In this document: one piece after another, positions 63,050 through 64,000 of the stretch
Layout of the letters: every line of letters starts with the position of its first letter
Numbering within the stretch: position 1 is the stretch's first letter
Assembly: GCF_035084215.1 (NCBI RefSeq)
Contig: NC_090326.1
Coordinates: 868,001-932,000 of the forward strand
Length of the DNA stretch: 64,000 bases
Reading direction: 5' to 3'
Origin: Heptranchias perlo
Lineage: Eukaryota
Notes under the pieces: generated by a model
Told to the model about the DNA's origin: nothing
The model's database searches: none
Seen by the model: only the letters and a program-made list of their open reading frames with translations
Translations under genes and position numbers: made by a program

Positions 63050-64000
63050 ACCAAGCTTGTAAGGACAGAAAATTCTATTATATCACAGGGTCCACTTCAA
63101 TCAGCGTGAGCAGATTCCCACTACCCTTGTGTGAAAAAGAGCTTCCTGATTTCACTCCTACTCGCCCTAGCTCTAATTTTAAGGTTATGCCCTCTTGTTC
63201 TGGATTCCCCCACCAGAGAAAATAGTTTCTATTTCTACCCTATCGAATCCCTTCATCATTTTAAACCCCTGGATCAGTTCACCCCTCAACCTTTGAAACT
63301 CAAGGGTTGCAAACCAAGTTTCTGTAACCTGTCCTCATAATTGAACCCTTCAAGCCCCAGTATCATTCTGGTGAATCTGCACTGTCCCCCCTCCGAGGCC
63401 AATATCTCCTTGTTGAGGATCAGTACCCCAGAGGGGCTCTGACCGAGGCTCTGTAGAACTGAAGCATCACTTCCTCCCCTTTGTATTCCAGCCCTCGAGA
63501 TAAAAGGCCCACATTCTATTAGTCTGTGATTACTTTTTGTATCTGTGCACTGGCTTTTGGTGATTTGTGTACATGGACACCCAAATCCCTTTGCTCCTCC
63601 ACACGTCCCAGTCTCTTGAAGAAAATACTCCAATGTTTCCTTCTTACATCCAAAGTGAATGATCTCACACTTCCCCACTGAACTCCATCTGCCACCGTTT
63701 GCCCAGTCACTTAAACTGTTCCTTTGTAACGTCCTGCTCCCATCTACACAACTTACTGTGCCTCCTAACTTAGTGTCACCTGGAACTTAGATCTACAACT
63801 CTCTATTCCTTCTTCCAAGTTATTGATAAATATGGTGAAAAGCTGAGGCCCAAGTACAGATCCCTGGGGACACCACTTGTCGCATCCCTCCAATCAAAGA
63901 ACTTTCCCTTTATCCCCACTCTCTTCTCCGACCTCCTAACAATTCCAACCCAAGTCACAAGGTCACTTTCAATTTTGTGCACTTTTACTTATTCTATTAA
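63050..64000 (-). mobile_element. Degenerate CR1, running off the window end
   Basis: GKCEIIHFG (63286..63678), EEQRDLGVHVHKS, and SGVPQGSVLGPQLF on the minus strand at ~63835-63880. Confidence 0.8.

Overview
Eukaryotic (vertebrate) genomic DNA, most likely from a cartilaginous fish, judged from the CR1/L2/DeuSINE/Penelope repeat content and shark-type C2H2 genes. It is not prokaryotic and has no CRISPR array. The left 39 kb is a decayed tandem duplication of a unit holding satellite DNA, an NRF1-type promoter, a replication-dependent histone quintet and a tRNA-Gly gene. Copy 1 (~490-22450) has H1(+) intact, H4(+), H3(+) and H2A(-) as pseudogenes, H2B(-) intact, and a deleted tRNA-Gly relic. 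Copy 2 (~23710-38700) has lost H1, H4, H3 and H2B, carries a frameshifted H2A, and keeps an intact tRNA-Gly(TCC). The middle (39.8-49.3 kb) is a 40-bp tandem array, split by nested LINEs, whose unit carries CACTGTG-12nt-CACAGTG. The right part has a ZNF143/NRF1 CpG-island promoter between a minus-strand C2H2 pseudogene and an intact plus-strand 11-finger C2H2 gene. The most notable items are: (1) minimal hammerhead-ribozyme motifs in Penelope-like element (PLE) termini; (2) a young TSD-flanked PLE composite that appears to have captured a CR1 fragment; (3) reciprocal gene loss between the duplicated histone/tRNA units, with microhomology junctions; (4) several fold-back or templated inversions. 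I found no convincingly new biological system. All identifications are by eye, with no database search, and repeat boundaries are approximate.
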